Shown: positions 12,605 through 26,269 of the stretch, piece after piece
Numbering within the stretch: position 1 is the first letter of the stretch
How the letters are laid out: each line of letters starts with the position of its first letter
Assembly (NCBI RefSeq): GCF_009834535.1
Contig: NC_045732.1
Span: forward strand, 36,022,001 to 36,086,000
Length of the DNA stretch: 64,000 nt
Reading direction: 5' to 3'
Source: Camelus ferus
Taxonomy: Eukaryota
Notes under the pieces: model-generated
What the model saw: only the letters and a program-made list of their open reading frames with translations
What the model was told of the DNA's origin: nothing
Database searches by the model: none
Translations under genes and position numbers: made by a program

Positions 12605-15600
12605 ATTTTTTTTTTAACTAATCTGAACACCCTTGCTTATTAGCCCAGAGCTAGGAGTGGAGGATGCTGAATGCCACACCGCCCCCCCAAAAAATCCAAG
12701 ACTCAAAGAGTGCTCTCATTTAGTACTGATGAGGGAAGAATCACATATATTTTTGTGATACATACAAACTAGAATCAAGTTAACATACCAGCAAAGGCCT
12801 CATTTTGTAACATTCTTGATAATGGAGGACAAGTCATAAAAACACAGTGTGCCCAAAACCAGACTATTTTAAAAGCAGGGGATAGTTAGAGTACATGAAG
12901 AAAAATGGATTTTTCATAAATTTCAATACAGAGAAAACCTTAATATTCATTCAACACTGCATAGACTCTTTCATAGGCCTTCAACTTGATAATATTACAT
13001 GCTCTAAGAACCCAATGTAACTATAGAATATTCGACATTTTTTTAAGGACTAAGAACTGTACAAACTCCATAAGTAGAGAGATCGCTCGTTGACAGAACA
13101 TAAGGATTCAAAAGCATCTAACAGTGACCAAGTTAGGGAAGAGTTTAACAGTTTCCTTCATTACAACAGCCCTGTTCTATAACCACTTGAAGTGTTCTCG
13201 GTTTGTAATCATACAAGTCCATTTTTTTTTAAAACTGGAGAATTATTACTGTAGCCAAATGTTAATAAGCACCTTCGTTGAGAGTCAGTAAAAGAAAATC
13301 CATTAGGCAGAAGTGGCTTTGTATTAAAAGACAGTGTCTGCAAAGTGAAACTTCAATTCATTTTATGCGTAAAATGTCTTACTTCTACCATTTTGAAAAG
13401 GTTCTTCTAAAAAGCACCAAGAAATGTTTAAGTAGAAGAGAATTAAAGAACCAGTATGACTTTTTTCCACTTACTCTAAGAGAAGAAATACACAAAGGAA
13501 GCCGAAATGCTATCAAAAATGCCTGATGGTAACCTCAAGCTGTCAAAATTAAATATGGAGGTTCATGAAAAATAATTATCGACCTTGCAAAACAGTAACA
13601 TAAAAAGTATTTCTTAATGTGAAGATCATGTCTTAAGGGTCCAGTCTCGAATGAACATATAAACTTTTCCAGAAGTCTATAGTTACATAGGTAAATCCTT
13701 TATTTCTCTCATATTTTTCAGAATGTGTTCACATAGCTCTTAAGTTTCATTCGCAAGACATAAGATGATCTAGCCTGCCATGTAAATGGCTTCATTTGGA
13801 AAGCCTCCTTTCATTCATAGGCAAGAAGAATGCTTGCTTCCTGTGTTCCAGGAGACCATATTTACATAATTAGTAGTTTTTCTAAGATTTACTTTGCGTG
13901 CTTCTCACATGATTGAGATACTGGCAGGGAGAGCCCCCGTGTTGGGTAGCAACTGAGCAGTGGCAAGATGCTCACTTTCGAGAATGTTCCCAAGCCTAAC
14001 GTGGTAAGTCCTTGGTCTCTGGTGATTATGCCCCCGAGGCTTTGGTTAAGTTTCAGGTATTTTACCTGAAAAGAATAATACGGCTGACAGTCACCAATAA
14101 ATTAATAAATACAACATGCTAATATATTTCTGTCAGCAAAGAGGACACCAGGTGAGAGGAAATTAAAAGTGTCTCTCCTCCCCCTCCTCCCCCATCCCCA
14201 GTGGCCCAGCTGGGTGGCCTGGGGTCTAGGAAATGAGAGAAAGGAGGAGGGTTCCTAATTGTAGGTGAGAAACCTGAAAGATTGATTTATCTACTTCCCT
14301 AGGCTGCCTGAAAGGCAAGCAATTCTGTTTTGTGTTTGTTTCCACTCTCAAGTAACTTTACCTATGCACATAGGGAAAGACAGAAATTAATATGTACTAA
14401 GAAAAACACAATGTAGAAGGCCCAGTTACACAATTCATAGAAAAGCAACACATCTGTATCTTTCAGTCAAGCATTCTGGGAAAGCAGACATTCTGGCTTC
14501 CCAAAACCCCACCAGCATCTGCAGTTTGGCTACTTTATGGGCGGACCACAGCTCAAAAGACCTGTTGGCATCCTGACGCCAGAGCACATCCATCCTTCCC
14601 TCACGCCAATGTCAACCAGATGATGCGTCTTCCGAGTAAGGTGACTCCATTGGCTGAAGGAGGCTCTCGCCACATCAGTCCTCTTTGGGAGGCAGTTTCA
14701 TTTCATAGAGCATCACCCAGTGGGAGCTGATCTGGGAAAGGCCAATATGAAACTGCACTAGACGAAAACATTATATCCTCCGTGGATGTTCCAGGCCTTT
14801 CCACTACTTTTGGCCACACCAGAGTTCACTCTGATCGCAGTGCAAAAGGCAATACTCTGGGTAATGAAGCCCATAAACCAATAAAATAAGCTTCAGGCTG
14901 TGTCTTCTCAATGTGTTATTTTCATCTTTTATACACAGTGTCTTCTAAATTTAATCATGACTCTTCAAACCATTATACTAATTGGGGGCAAAAAAAAAAA
15001 AAAAGCCCTGATGCTGTTTTAGGGTCAAAAATTACTTGTATTTTTCAAAATAACTTGTAATAGAAGTATTTGTTTCAATATGCAAAGCAGCAAAACATTA
15101 GTTTGGAGCTCATGAAATAGATGGTTAAACTATTACTTTAAAAAGAGAGGTAAATACATATGTTGTTTAAATGTGACAAATATTTTGAGAGCATCTGAAA
15201 GTATTTAAGATACCAACTTTTAAAGAATAAAACCCGATTTATTAGACAGTCTAATTTCAGAAGATTTGTCTTTCATTTCAAAATTTCAGTTACTGTCATA
15301 ATAAAATTGTTGGGAAAATGAGATTTACTTTGCAACTGCTGTGTAATTTGTCCTCTTTTTTTTTTTCCTACCTGCCAGTGTACATGAGACTGCTGTTCCA
15401 ATTAAGGCAAAATATAAAACTTCCCTATGGCTTAATTTCCTTTCTAAGTAAAATGAGAAAACTGTCAAAGATTAGTTCCTGCCTCTACTTTTCAGAACAA
15501 GTAGAACTTATAAAGTACTTTGCAAATACAAAAAGCTATTTTAAAGGATCGGGGGGATGAAATTGTCTAAGCAGGATAAATATTTGTAGATGACAATTCA

Positions 15601-15699
15601 TATTTTATAACTACCTTTTAATTGTCTATCTCCTGTATAATCAGATGTGTTTTACAACAGCCATGATCTCTAGAGACATGTTTTTAATAAATACTCTTT

Positions 15700-15990
15700 G
15701 AACTGAGGAACCGTCTCAGATTGGAGACTATAAAAGAGATATGATGACTAAAAGCACTGTGGGATGGGATCCTGGAACAGAAGAAGGACATAAATGGAAA
15801 AAACTGGTGAAATGTGAATCAAAGTCTGGAGTTTAACGAGGAGTTTTGCACCAGTGTTCATTTCCCGGTCTTGGTTAACTGTTCATGGAAGATTGAGGGA
15901 GCTGGGTGATGGGTAAATGAGACCTCTCTGTACTATTTTTGCAACTCTTCTACAAATGTAAGATTAGTTCAAAATAAAACGTTTAAGAAG
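15700..15990 (+). mobile_element. L1MC/L1ME-type 3' end
   Basis: gggatcctggaacagaagaaggacat...ctctctgtactatttttgcaactcttct...ttcaaaataaaacgttt. Confidence 0.8.
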
Positions 15991-16406
15991 TGTGAAGACA
16001 AAAAGAATTTAAGATAACAGTGAGAAAGGAAAACAATGTTACAAGTTTTCTTAAGAACTTAAAGCTTCTAAAATAGTGTTTAAGGCATTACATACCCTTT
16101 GATTCCACTAATGAAATGATTCCACTAGATGGCACCCTATTTTCTTCAGTGACCGGAGACCTCTCTTCACCTGTCTACCACCCATCACCTGACAGAAATG
16201 TTTCCTGAGCTCATTTTATAGATCTACTGGGCATGGTGCCCAGTATATCTTTGTATAACAGATTCTATGCTGTGATTCCCCGCATAAAACAAGGTTTGCT
16301 TTCTTTGCTGGAAATGTCTTCTTTTGGGATTCAAGCTTCATTATCATTCTAGAAATTTTCAGAGGTTTGTGAATTTGGTCTTTCAACGCATTTCTCAAGC
16401 CCTTAC

Positions 16407-16600
16407 TTTGTGCCACCTCATCTATCTATAGCGTCCGTGGCAACTGATTATCTTGGCCGGTGACCGACAGGAAAACCTTCGCCTCCTCCTGCACACTTGA
16501 AAAGTGCCTGAGATCTGGAAAGCAACTTTGAAGAGGGAGCGAACGGCAGTCCGCTTTGTTTCCATGACTCTGATGCTGTTCAACACCTCCCTGAGCTTTC
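16407..16600 (-). other. Candidate 194-nt 5'-UTR exon containing a 47-codon uORF directly followed by a second ATG
   Basis: Acceptor cctttcctttaagcag| at 16601/16600 and donor AAA|GTAAGG at 16407/16406. ATG at 16565 is in GTCATGG context, TAG at 16424-16422, ATG at 16421. Confidence 0.3.
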
Positions 16601-18169
16601 CTGCTTAAAGGAAAGGATAGCTATTCTAGATTCCTTTTTTTTTTTTATATGAAAGTTAAAACCTAGGCTCCTTTTTAAGTTAAAACCAAATAGGTAAGAA
16701 TCTACCTGGTGCCAGTATGGTTTGCCATCCGTACTCCAATCTTCTTTATCTGCAGCATTTCCTGGTCCATTCAATATCCTCCTTGTAAAACATCCCTGCC
16801 GTCCACACTCCTTAGTCTGCCACTGCTCTCTGCTGAGAAGCTCTAATAAACCCACGACGCCGGGTGCCATTCCCTTCTGAAGTTTCATTTTAGGAAAGCT
16901 ATTTAGAACATCACTCATGTGAATTTTTTTTTTTAAGGATTAAAAACCATTCGGAGGCGCTTATATGTCAAAATGAAAAGAGACTCATGCTGTTTACTAA
17001 CCTATTTCCAAAGTTCGAAACTTAGATAAGGTTGGAAAACATTCAATCTCTGAATTTTCTAGAATAAGCATTTATCGCACTATGGAATAAACTGGAAACA
17101 GTGATTCTACATAAGCGAGACAATATCTACTTATTTATGCCTGGCCCTAGCCAAAAGCAGAAGACATAAAAACAAGGAGATGCCCTCAATTTGGATTAAG
17201 GGGTCATGCCGCTGCAATTCTTAAATTGAAAGGTCCATAGGAATCCCTCTCTCTGCATGCGTTTCTCATTCTCATGTACCAACAAAACCTATAAAGCATA
17301 GAATGTAATAACTAAACTCCATCTTAAAAACTCTTCCCTTTTAAAACAATTTGCTGCAATTGTGATTGCAAAATTTGTGGATGAAATTTTCCCTAAATAT
17401 AACGCGAAGCACTACAGTATAGCTTTTCTGGTGCTCTAAACTTACCACCTGTAAGTCTGGAAAATGGGTCTGTTAAATTTAAGATAAAATTACTTAAATT
17501 AGCTCCAATTTTAAATGCAACCATATACCTTTTCACATTGAAGACATTACACCGAGGGGACCTCAGGATACATGCTTTAATAAAAATTTCAATTCACTAT
17601 TTCTAAACCATTAGATTTCTTTAGGAAAAAAGCAAAACTGCTCATCAACTTGCCTGTGGGCTCACATTTATTTAAATAAATATTCCATTTAATTAATTGT
17701 TCAAAGAACTTTAGATAATATCCTCACCAAGGAAACCTGAGGCTTTCTCTTTCCTATTCCTGCCATTCAAATTCATGTACTTTCGAGTTAATTTTCTTAC
17801 TTCTGTATCATACTAAAAGGGGAACATTACTTATTTATCCAAAGCCTTACCCAAATGAATAGAACTTGAGATTATCTTCCATACGTATGTGGAATATATT
17901 TATATTTCATATACATTTTATATAGAGAATATAAAATTAAAGAGTGACCCAAGTCCTTGGAAATCTCAAGTGAGAAAAAACAAAACAGCAGAAAAAAATG
18001 GGAAAATAAGCTCATTTAAAGATTTGAGCTCAAAACTGAATATCCAGCCGTGCCCTAGGTGTAGCTCTTTGATACCTTTTTCTAGAAAAAAAAAATTATG
18101 ACATCATAATGCCCAAGACACAGCCAGATGAATCCATCTTTAATGTGTGATCCATGTTGTTCTAAGTTA

Positions 18170-18300
18170 TTTCTTTGATCCAATAATAAGCGCCTGCTAT
18201 ATGCTAGACACTGGGTTAGGTGGGCGCTGGTATGACAATAATAACCCACGTGGTGTCCTTGTCCTTGGGGAGTTTAAGTCAAATGAGGACAAGAGACCAC
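18170..18300 (-). mobile_element. L2 3' end fragment
   Basis: aataataagcgcctgctatatgctagacactgggttagg...gtccttggggagtttaagtc is the reverse complement of the L2 terminus. Confidence 0.65.
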
Positions 18301-20389
18301 TCAATAATCAATGTCAACAAAAATAAAACAGACGCTATGATAGATGGCAAATCCCGTTATCTGGCTTAGGGTCAAATACTGCTGGGAAAAAGAGTTTCAA
18401 GGAAAATAAATGAACATTTCAAACTGTTTTCAACCAGAATGAAAATATTTTCTGATCAACACTCGCATAACTGGAAATTCCACATGTCTTTGCACATTTT
18501 GGCCAGTTATATTTTTGCTCTATTTATAGCCTATAATCATTCATTTAAAAAAAAAAAGATAGCCTCTATGTTTATAAAAAAGATGGTTTGTCAGTTCTTA
18601 TACTTTTCTACCATGATTAGAAACAGACACCAAGAAAATAAATTCAAACAAACCTTTTTGTTTCCAGTTTACAGGCACCACCAACCAAGCTTTCTGAAAT
18701 CAATTGCTTGTTCTTGCTTCCCACCGGACACCTATGGCATTTCTTCCATGCAAAACCCCAAGCAAGTTCATCTGCCAAGAATTCCCCCCCAGGAAGCAAG
18801 TGGAAAAGGAGCCATATTTGAAAGAACTCGGTCTAATTTCCCTAAGATGACTCCTTTGGAGAAACAGAACTTTGTAGGGGTGAAATGAACTACTTCCATA
18901 TTTCCCAGAGGGAATCCTTCCTTGCGACCAATTCAGCTGCCTTCTGTATTATAGCAATCTTTAAATAGTTCCCCTTCTACTTATAGCCCTTCTAAATTCA
19001 CTATTGTTACTCATTATGAGTTCACTGGTATTAGTCAGGACAAGTCAGTTAGTCACTATATTTTTTAAACCACCAACTCCCCCCGCCCTTTCTGGTTTTC
19101 CTATCCCTTCAGTATTTTGCAACATTTAAAAGATGAGTAACTAGACACAAGGAATGCTGCTGGGCATTTTGAGTTCGTTTGTGGTTTAAACAGTGACCAT
19201 ATCCCCATCAATAAAAGGCGTACATGGTCACATTTCTTCTCGTGAAAAGGTGACACCTACATTTTAAACTTTAGGATGAAAAATTCAAGTCATATATGTT
19301 TGTTTGACCATCATTTCTCATCAACCTATTTAGAAATAGTTCACACAAATTCTTTATTCAGACAACACGGCGGTAAATGGACACCATTCCTTCTTTTGAC
19401 AAAAAGACCCTTGTCTGCTAAGATTTCTGTTAATCCCAGGAGGGGAGTGGAAAATAATCCAGGAAATTTCGGACTGTTCTGGTCTTTTAAAATTATCTGT
19501 CAATTAAGGCCTGATGTAATCGCCCCAACTTATCTTTTCAACCTTATCTGCCAGGACTTCCCCAAATCTGCCATCAATTTATGCTGCATTGAGGGAAAAC
19601 GCATCTCTGCTGTGAGCCATTCAGAGACCTTCAAAGCCCCCGCCCCTTCCTCGCTCCATCCACACCCAACCATTGCAAAGCACGTGCTCCCCTAGAACCC
19701 TCCCCTAACCACTGCAGCTGCCAGCCAATGCATGCTCTTTGAATTCATGCTACACTTTACTGCCTTAAATCCTTCCTGACCTATTATGTACCTACATCCC
19801 CTCTTCCTGAGCAGACAGTAGGCTCCCCCTAGACATTCTGTCCTTACAGATGTCTCTTTAACCCACAGCATCTGGCATTTGGACACACACACTAAATTAC
19901 GTGCAAAACCAAATCTCCTCCATTTCCCCTTTTAAAGGCGGGACATCACACACACCCACAGCAAATTCTTGTCCTATCTGAGTAGCTTCTTTTCCATCAT
20001 TCAAGCAGCTTAGCACAGCCGTGGTGTATGGACAATTAAAACAAACGTTACAAGGAAGGATTCCCCAGTGAATCAGTAATAAACAGAAATCAACATCTGC
20101 ATCGCCCATTTTCCTAACGAGCATGACAAATGCACCTTCGCATATTAAAATAATCCACCACTTCACAGGGACATTTAATTCTACGTGGACACACACCATC
20201 ATGAACTGCCACGGAATTAGCTATTTGGACTTTATAAAATGGCTATACTGAATCGAGGAACAGTTTTTTTGTTTGTTATGAAATATTGTGACTAGACGTT
20301 CTCATTGAATTTCTTAAGAAACGGAAAAGTATAAGAAAGTGGTTGCCAACATGCAAATGGCAAAAGCTAGAAGTTGCTTTTGAGCTCAC

Positions 20390-20407
20390 CCTTCACTGTG
20401 GAGCATC
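20390..20407 (-). other. Candidate 18-nt microexon GATGCTCCACAGTGAAGG
   Basis: T15-AG acceptor and AGG|GTGAGC donor on the minus strand. Confidence 0.35.
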
Positions 20408-20689
20408 CTAAAAAAAAAAAAAAATCTTCACCAATTAATTGCTTTCCTTTTTTCCTCTCTCCTGTGTGTGGAGGGGATGGAAGAGAGGGGAAGGGAAGCA
20501 AGAGAAGGGCCAGGGTTCATGTTACAGTGAGCATCATCTTTCCAATATGCTCGTCATATGCTATGGTTCCCAACTACTTGCAAAACTTCACTTCTTAAAT
20601 CATTTATGGAAATTCTGTGGCTAGCCAGCAGTTCAATTCTGTCCAAAAGAAAAAGTTTGGTTTTGTGAAAATGACAGAAAAAGACAGCA

Positions 20690-20975
20690 CTTTACACAAG
20701 ATTTGTACATTTCATTGTATGTCAATTTGAACTCAGAAGGAAAAAAAAACATTGAAAAAGAAATACTGAACTTAGAATGCAGAAACACTGATGGGTGTCT
20801 TTTTTTTTTTTAATGCATCAGAAAACAAGATGGGTTAATGGACGACTCGATGAACAACTAGATGGTTAGATATTTGATAAAGCAAGTATCTTAAAATACT
20901 AGTGTTCACTGTAAAATTCTTTCAACTTTGCTACAGACTTGGAGATTTTCATTAAAAATGTGAGGGGACAAAATT
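20690..20975 (+). mobile_element. L1ME/L1MC-type 3' end
   Basis: gatatttgataaagcaagtat...gtgttcactgtaaaattctttcaactttgc...gattttcattaaaaatg. Confidence 0.7.
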
Positions 20976-22524
20976 CACTGATGTAAATTTATCTCTTGGA
21001 AGCCATACACATCCACAAAATGACTTGCTAAAGATCTTTTCAACTATTTCTTTGTACCGCCCAATTGGCATCCACAAGGCAGAAAGCCGTTGGCTTCCCT
21101 CCGGCTCTTAACGCAGAGCCCTCACTGCAGGGGCCAGATCTGTCAGGGCCCTCACTTGACTCAAGCCTGAGAATCAGCTGACTGCCCCTGCCACTTGGCA
21201 GGGCTGGAGTGTGCCCCTCCTCCCCGGCACGCTGCCCTGGGAGGCAACACAGAACCAGCTGTCCCTGCCGCAGGACCGCCCCACCTGCCCCACATCCTCA
21301 GGCTCCATCCCTGAAGTGCCAGAGGGTCTGGTGTCTCCAGGTAGCCACATGCCAGGCACATAAGCGTTTCCCCAGACACCTTAGGTTTCTCCAGAAGCCG
21401 CTGGCCATTTCCCTAAGCTTTGCTTCTCCCCTCACCCAGCCAGCAGCACCCTGCCTAGCTTTCCTTGGAGGAAATCCAAGAAGAAGCAGAGAAAAAGGCA
21501 AGTCTCCCCCACAACCCCAGTCCCGAGACCAGGAAGGACCGGGACATTTTTTGATGATACACAGTGAGGACCACACGCTCTACGCGTAGGTCCCAGCAAC
21601 TCACAGGGCAAAGAAAAAGAAGGGACTCTCCCATCCTCTGTTGCGCCTCACCCTTATTCAAAAATCAGGGCCAGGGAGGGAGGAAAAAAAGGCTCATTCT
21701 CACAGCTCGTGCTTGCCGAGGACAGGAAACTCCCGACTCGACAGCATCCCTGAGGACAAGGACCCCAGCCACAATCCAAACCCAGCCTCCCCATCCGCCT
21801 CATCATTTTGCTCAGAGGAAGAACCGGAGCTAAGAAGAAGTGTGGTGAAAGTCACACTGTGTGATTTAGCCTCCCAAACCACGGGTTCCTCCTAGTCAAA
21901 ACTTTTGTCCTCTGGTCCTCCGGCAACACTGAGACTCGACCCAGAGCACAGAGGGTATTGTTTGTGTGGTTCGGCTTGGGCCAGAGTTGCTTCGACTCTG
22001 AGCTTGGGGCTAAAATCCACAGAGCCGCTCATCTATGAGAAAAGCCCAGAGTCCGGGGTGAAACCCCATTATTAACCCTCATGATCTCATAGGTCAACCC
22101 TTCCTGCCCTGCCCCGGTCCCCTTATCTCTTCCCTCTAGACACTGGCGTGAAACACAGACAGCTTGAGGAGAAAATGCCATGGTTTATGACGCCCTCCAG
22201 TAGTTCAGAGTGTCCCGCCTCCCAGGCACCCTGTCCCTTAAGGGACAGTCCGAGGGACTGTAATTCCAAGAGGGCTGGGCAGGAGTAGGGGAAACCAAGA
22301 GGGAGGTGTTGGGGGAAGTGGGAACCCAAACCACTTGTGCTAGAATTCGAGGTGAGGCAATGCCAGGTTTGGCGAGTATGGAAGTCCAAGTCTGACGCTA
22401 AATATCACAAAGAAAAATTCGAATTCTTACCACACGTGACTGGGATTTGAGTTCTCGAGGTCCTCTGTGGTTAGGTTGCTTTAACTTCCAAGAAGAGCTT
22501 GCATCAGAACACTTTACAAAAAAG

Positions 22525-22970
22525 ACACACGACTTCCACAGGTAAGTGGATGAAGAAGATGTGGTGTCTACGTGCGATGAAATATTATTCAGCCCTATAA
22601 AAGAAGGAAATCCTGTCATATGCTACAAACGTGGCTGAACCTTGAGGACATGATGCTATAAACCAGGCGAGCCAGTCACAAAAAGACAAATACTGCATGA
22701 TTCCATCTATGTAGTCAAACTGCTAGAAACAGAAAGTAGAATGGTGGCGGCTGGGGCTGGGGGGTGGGGTTGGCAGGGAGAAGAGAGATGTTTAATAGGT
22801 ACAGACTTTCAGTTTTGCAAGATGAAAAAGTTCTAAAGATCTGTTGCACAACAACGTGACTATAGTTAACACCACAGTACAACATGTTTAAAAAAAGGTT
22901 AAAGTGGTCAAATTTATGCCAGGGTTGTTTTTTTTTGGTTTTTTTTTTTACCACAATTAAAAAAAAAATA
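22525..22970 (+). mobile_element. L1MA/L1MB-type 3' end
   Basis: gtggatgaagaagatgtgg...aaggaaatcctgtcatatgctacaa...agtcacaaaaagacaaatactgcatgattcc...ttcagttttgcaagatgaaaaagttct...accacaattaaaaaa. Confidence 0.85.
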
Positions 22971-24018
22971 CCCACTGCCTTCACTATATTTTGGATATAT
23001 TCTAAATCTCCAACTCCATATTTTGATATTAAAAAAGAAAAACAGAACAAATATTTAAGTGATTTTTTTTTCTGATTGAAAATGAAAACTCTCAAATTAA
23101 ATTGCTTCGAAGATGCAAGCAGAATGATTAGAAAACACTTGAAAGCACTGCTTGCGACAAACTTTGTCATTTTCAGCATGCGTGACATTTCCATAGCAGG
23201 AAGAAGCCTGACGTTCTTCTTGGATGGCATGCGTGGTATGCTGAATTGGCTTCTAAATCAAATGAGACTGCTGATAAGCAGCCTTTTAGCAAAGAGAAGG
23301 ATGTATCACAAGACCATCTTAGAGACTGAACACTGTGGCCATTATAACAAAGGCAGTAAAATGAATAATTCATGCATAGACGGAGTGTTCAGGCATTACA
23401 GGCAACTGTGACTCCATGAACCAACGTTCCTGCATCATTCTAGCAAACCAGTCTTTACTCTCTTACTACTCTAAATGCTAACTACATCATCCATGTCTCT
23501 GAAATAGAAAAGTGACTTAAGGAGACACATTTCTAAGAACAGTAACTCAAGTCGATGAAGCAAAAAAAGCAGGGCAAACTTTTATTCACCCGGCCTTCCT
23601 TTCTGAAATGGCTACACTCACAGGAAACTACACATTTTCCAAAGCTCATGATTTCAAGAAATTCCACTCTCTCCCTTTGTCATCCTCGCCTGGCAAGACC
23701 TAACACAGCCTTAGATCCAATTTTTTGCCTACACCATGTCTGTGCCCACTACACTGCTGGAGGAAAGACACACCCACTCCGGCACAAACCTTATTCATGG
23801 TCACCAACCTCTGATAATCATGATGAATTTTGCTGGTCCAATGACTCTCAGATTCTCCCAAATGACTATTTCATCCCCTTTGCTCTCTCTTCAAATCCCC
23901 AGTGCCTCCTCACCCACCTCACACTCAGCTTCCAATTTCACTTAAATACCAGCACAATCATAACAGACTTTCCACACGCCCTCACCATTACATCTGTCCT
24001 CTGATCGACATTTGTGCC

Positions 24019-24330
24019 TGTATCAGTTGGGATCGGCTAGCTAATGCTACAGCAATAACTTCAAACCACCAAGGACACTAGATGTCCACACCGGCCAGCT
24101 AGGAGCTCTGCTTGGTGTTATACGTACTCGGGGATATAGAAATTGATGTGTGGTCAATTTCTGGACTATTACCATTCACCATGGCTGAGGGGAAAATGAT
24201 TTTGAAGCTTTTCCTGCTAACAGTTCAGTGCTACAGCCCAGAAATGCCATGTGTTACTAAACATAACTCTTTGGGCCACAACCAACTGCATGACCCCACC
24301 AAGCCATAAGGAGCTGGGAAGTACAATAAT
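24019..24330 (-). mobile_element. MaLR solo LTR (MLT1J/K-like), followed by a (TAAAA)n tract to ~24366
   Basis: tgtatcagttgggatcggctagctaatgctacagc...ccatggctgaggggaaa...gctgggaagtacaat. Confidence 0.65.
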
Positions 24331-26269
24331 ATAAAATAAAATAAAGTAAAATAAAATAAAATAAAACAGTAACAAATTTAGTACGTTTCTAATAAAGTTA
24401 AAATGGAAAACAACTAAACAACTAGAGTAAGTAAGAAGCAATCTATAAAAATCCTAATTAAAAAAAAAAAAACAAAAAACCCTACTGGTCTGTGGAACTT
24501 TTAGGTAATTCTAGTCTGAAGTTAACTCTGTTCTCAAGACATTCCAGCCACAGCCTGAACGAACATCACAAAGAGATGCTGTCAGAACAGGAGTTTGGGT
24601 CTCTGGAGCTGGCCAATTGGTAGGATTTAAGAGTGATCTTCCATGAGTAGGGCTGCCAAATGATCACCTCACTACAGAGATGTACTTTCACTTTTGTGTA
24701 TTTCCCAGCAACCCGACAAGGCTAGTTTCATGGCAAGAAACACACCTCCTCTTTCAAATCCAAATGGACAACTTATTAAGAATCTGAAAGGTGCTAGGAA
24801 AAAAAAGTAAAGCTCAGTTAATTTGCCTAAGTAAAGGTCACCTTGAGTGCTATTACACATAACTCAGGTCATTTCCTTTAAGGTATGAGCCCCCATTTCC
24901 AAACAAATTAGAATACTGTAATACAACAGACTAGACAAATTTACAAATAGGCATTTATACACTTAATCATACCCAGTGTAACTATATTTAATTAAGTCAC
25001 AACTTTAAATTCAACCATCCTTGTTCTACATTTGCTTGTATGAAAAATGCAGTCGTTAGACCAGATCATTTTTAAATAACTTCCCACAGATTATTTGGAG
25101 GCGCATGAGCCACATAATGAAAAGCAATGGCTTACACAGTCACGAGGCTGTTCTAACGGGCTACAATTGTAAAATAATTTAAAGAGAGGCAGGACAGAGG
25201 AAGCCAACCCTGACCAGAACAGAGATTAAACTAGGGCTATAACAAGTTGGTCCTCCAAGATCAGCATTAATATATGTATTACTTCTGAGTATAAAGAATG
25301 CATATAAAACATAAGGAATAAAGACTGAAAGGTAAATCCATCCTAAAAACTATAGCAACTTTGACTTTCAGTGATGAGAGATCAAATAATTGGGGCCAAC
25401 ACTCCCACTGAAGATAACTAAAGAAGTTGAGCAAAGGAGAACATCTTAAAAGGTATCAAAGAGCTATCAAGATGGTGAGGAACAACTGAATACCAAGTCT
25501 GGAAGTGGATGGAAGAGTATGTATAGGGCTATTTTTGCCTGGGGTATGTTTGTGGATACCCTAGGAACATGAGTGGATGAAGGTTACTTCTGATGGCTCT
25601 GGGGGAGAAAAAAACGGAAGGTGGGACCCACCAAGAGTAAGTCACTTCATTTTGGGATGAAAAAATAAAGTGAACAGAAAGTAACCAGCCCTCATGTGGA
25701 CTTACAGCCAAGCTTCAATTCGTTGGGGTGGCTCAGATAACCTAGACTAAGACGATTCCAGAGAGCTACCTTCAGGCATCTGACCAAAAAAAAAAAAAAA
25801 AAAAAAAAGAAAGAAACATTCTCTAGAGGCATAAAACTTCCAACTTTTCAAACATAGTATCTGGACACAACCAAAGATAATCACTTATGCAAGAAGAAAA
25901 GAAACCGTGAGCAAGAAAAAGTCAGCAGAGCTCAACAAGACACAGCGGGGAGGGGGAAACCCCAAGACTCCAAATATTAGAATTGTCAGAACTGGAGTAT
26001 AAAAAACTACACTTAAAACATATTCAAGAACAAAAAGCCAGACTCAAAAACTTTCAGTAGGAAACTGGAAACTTTTTTTTAATGATACAGATTTGAAAAA
26101 AGAAGAAAATATCCATTCTAGACCCAGAAATACAATTTTTGCAAAATTAGAAACTCAACGGATGAAGAAAGAATTAGTGAAATGAAAGATAAGTCTGGGG
26201 AAAAAAGGTATTCGGAATGAACTACAGAGAGGCACTAGGATGAACAAAAGGACAGGGATGAACAATATG

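Noticed and set aside
14051-14071. Perfect 9-bp inverted repeat TTTCAGGTA-ttt-TACCTGAAA
   Set aside because: Too short to exceed chance, and intrinsic terminator logic does not apply to mammalian introns.
19897-20202. 101-aa minus-strand ORF MMVCVHVELNVP...
   Set aside because: No recognisable domain or flanking splice signals; the length is within chance expectation for 64 kb.
22715-23411. Overlapping 171-aa (-) and 111-aa (+) ORFs
   Set aside because: The longer ORF runs through an L1 3' UTR and A/T tracts. The non-repeat part has only weak splice signals and no recognisable homology.
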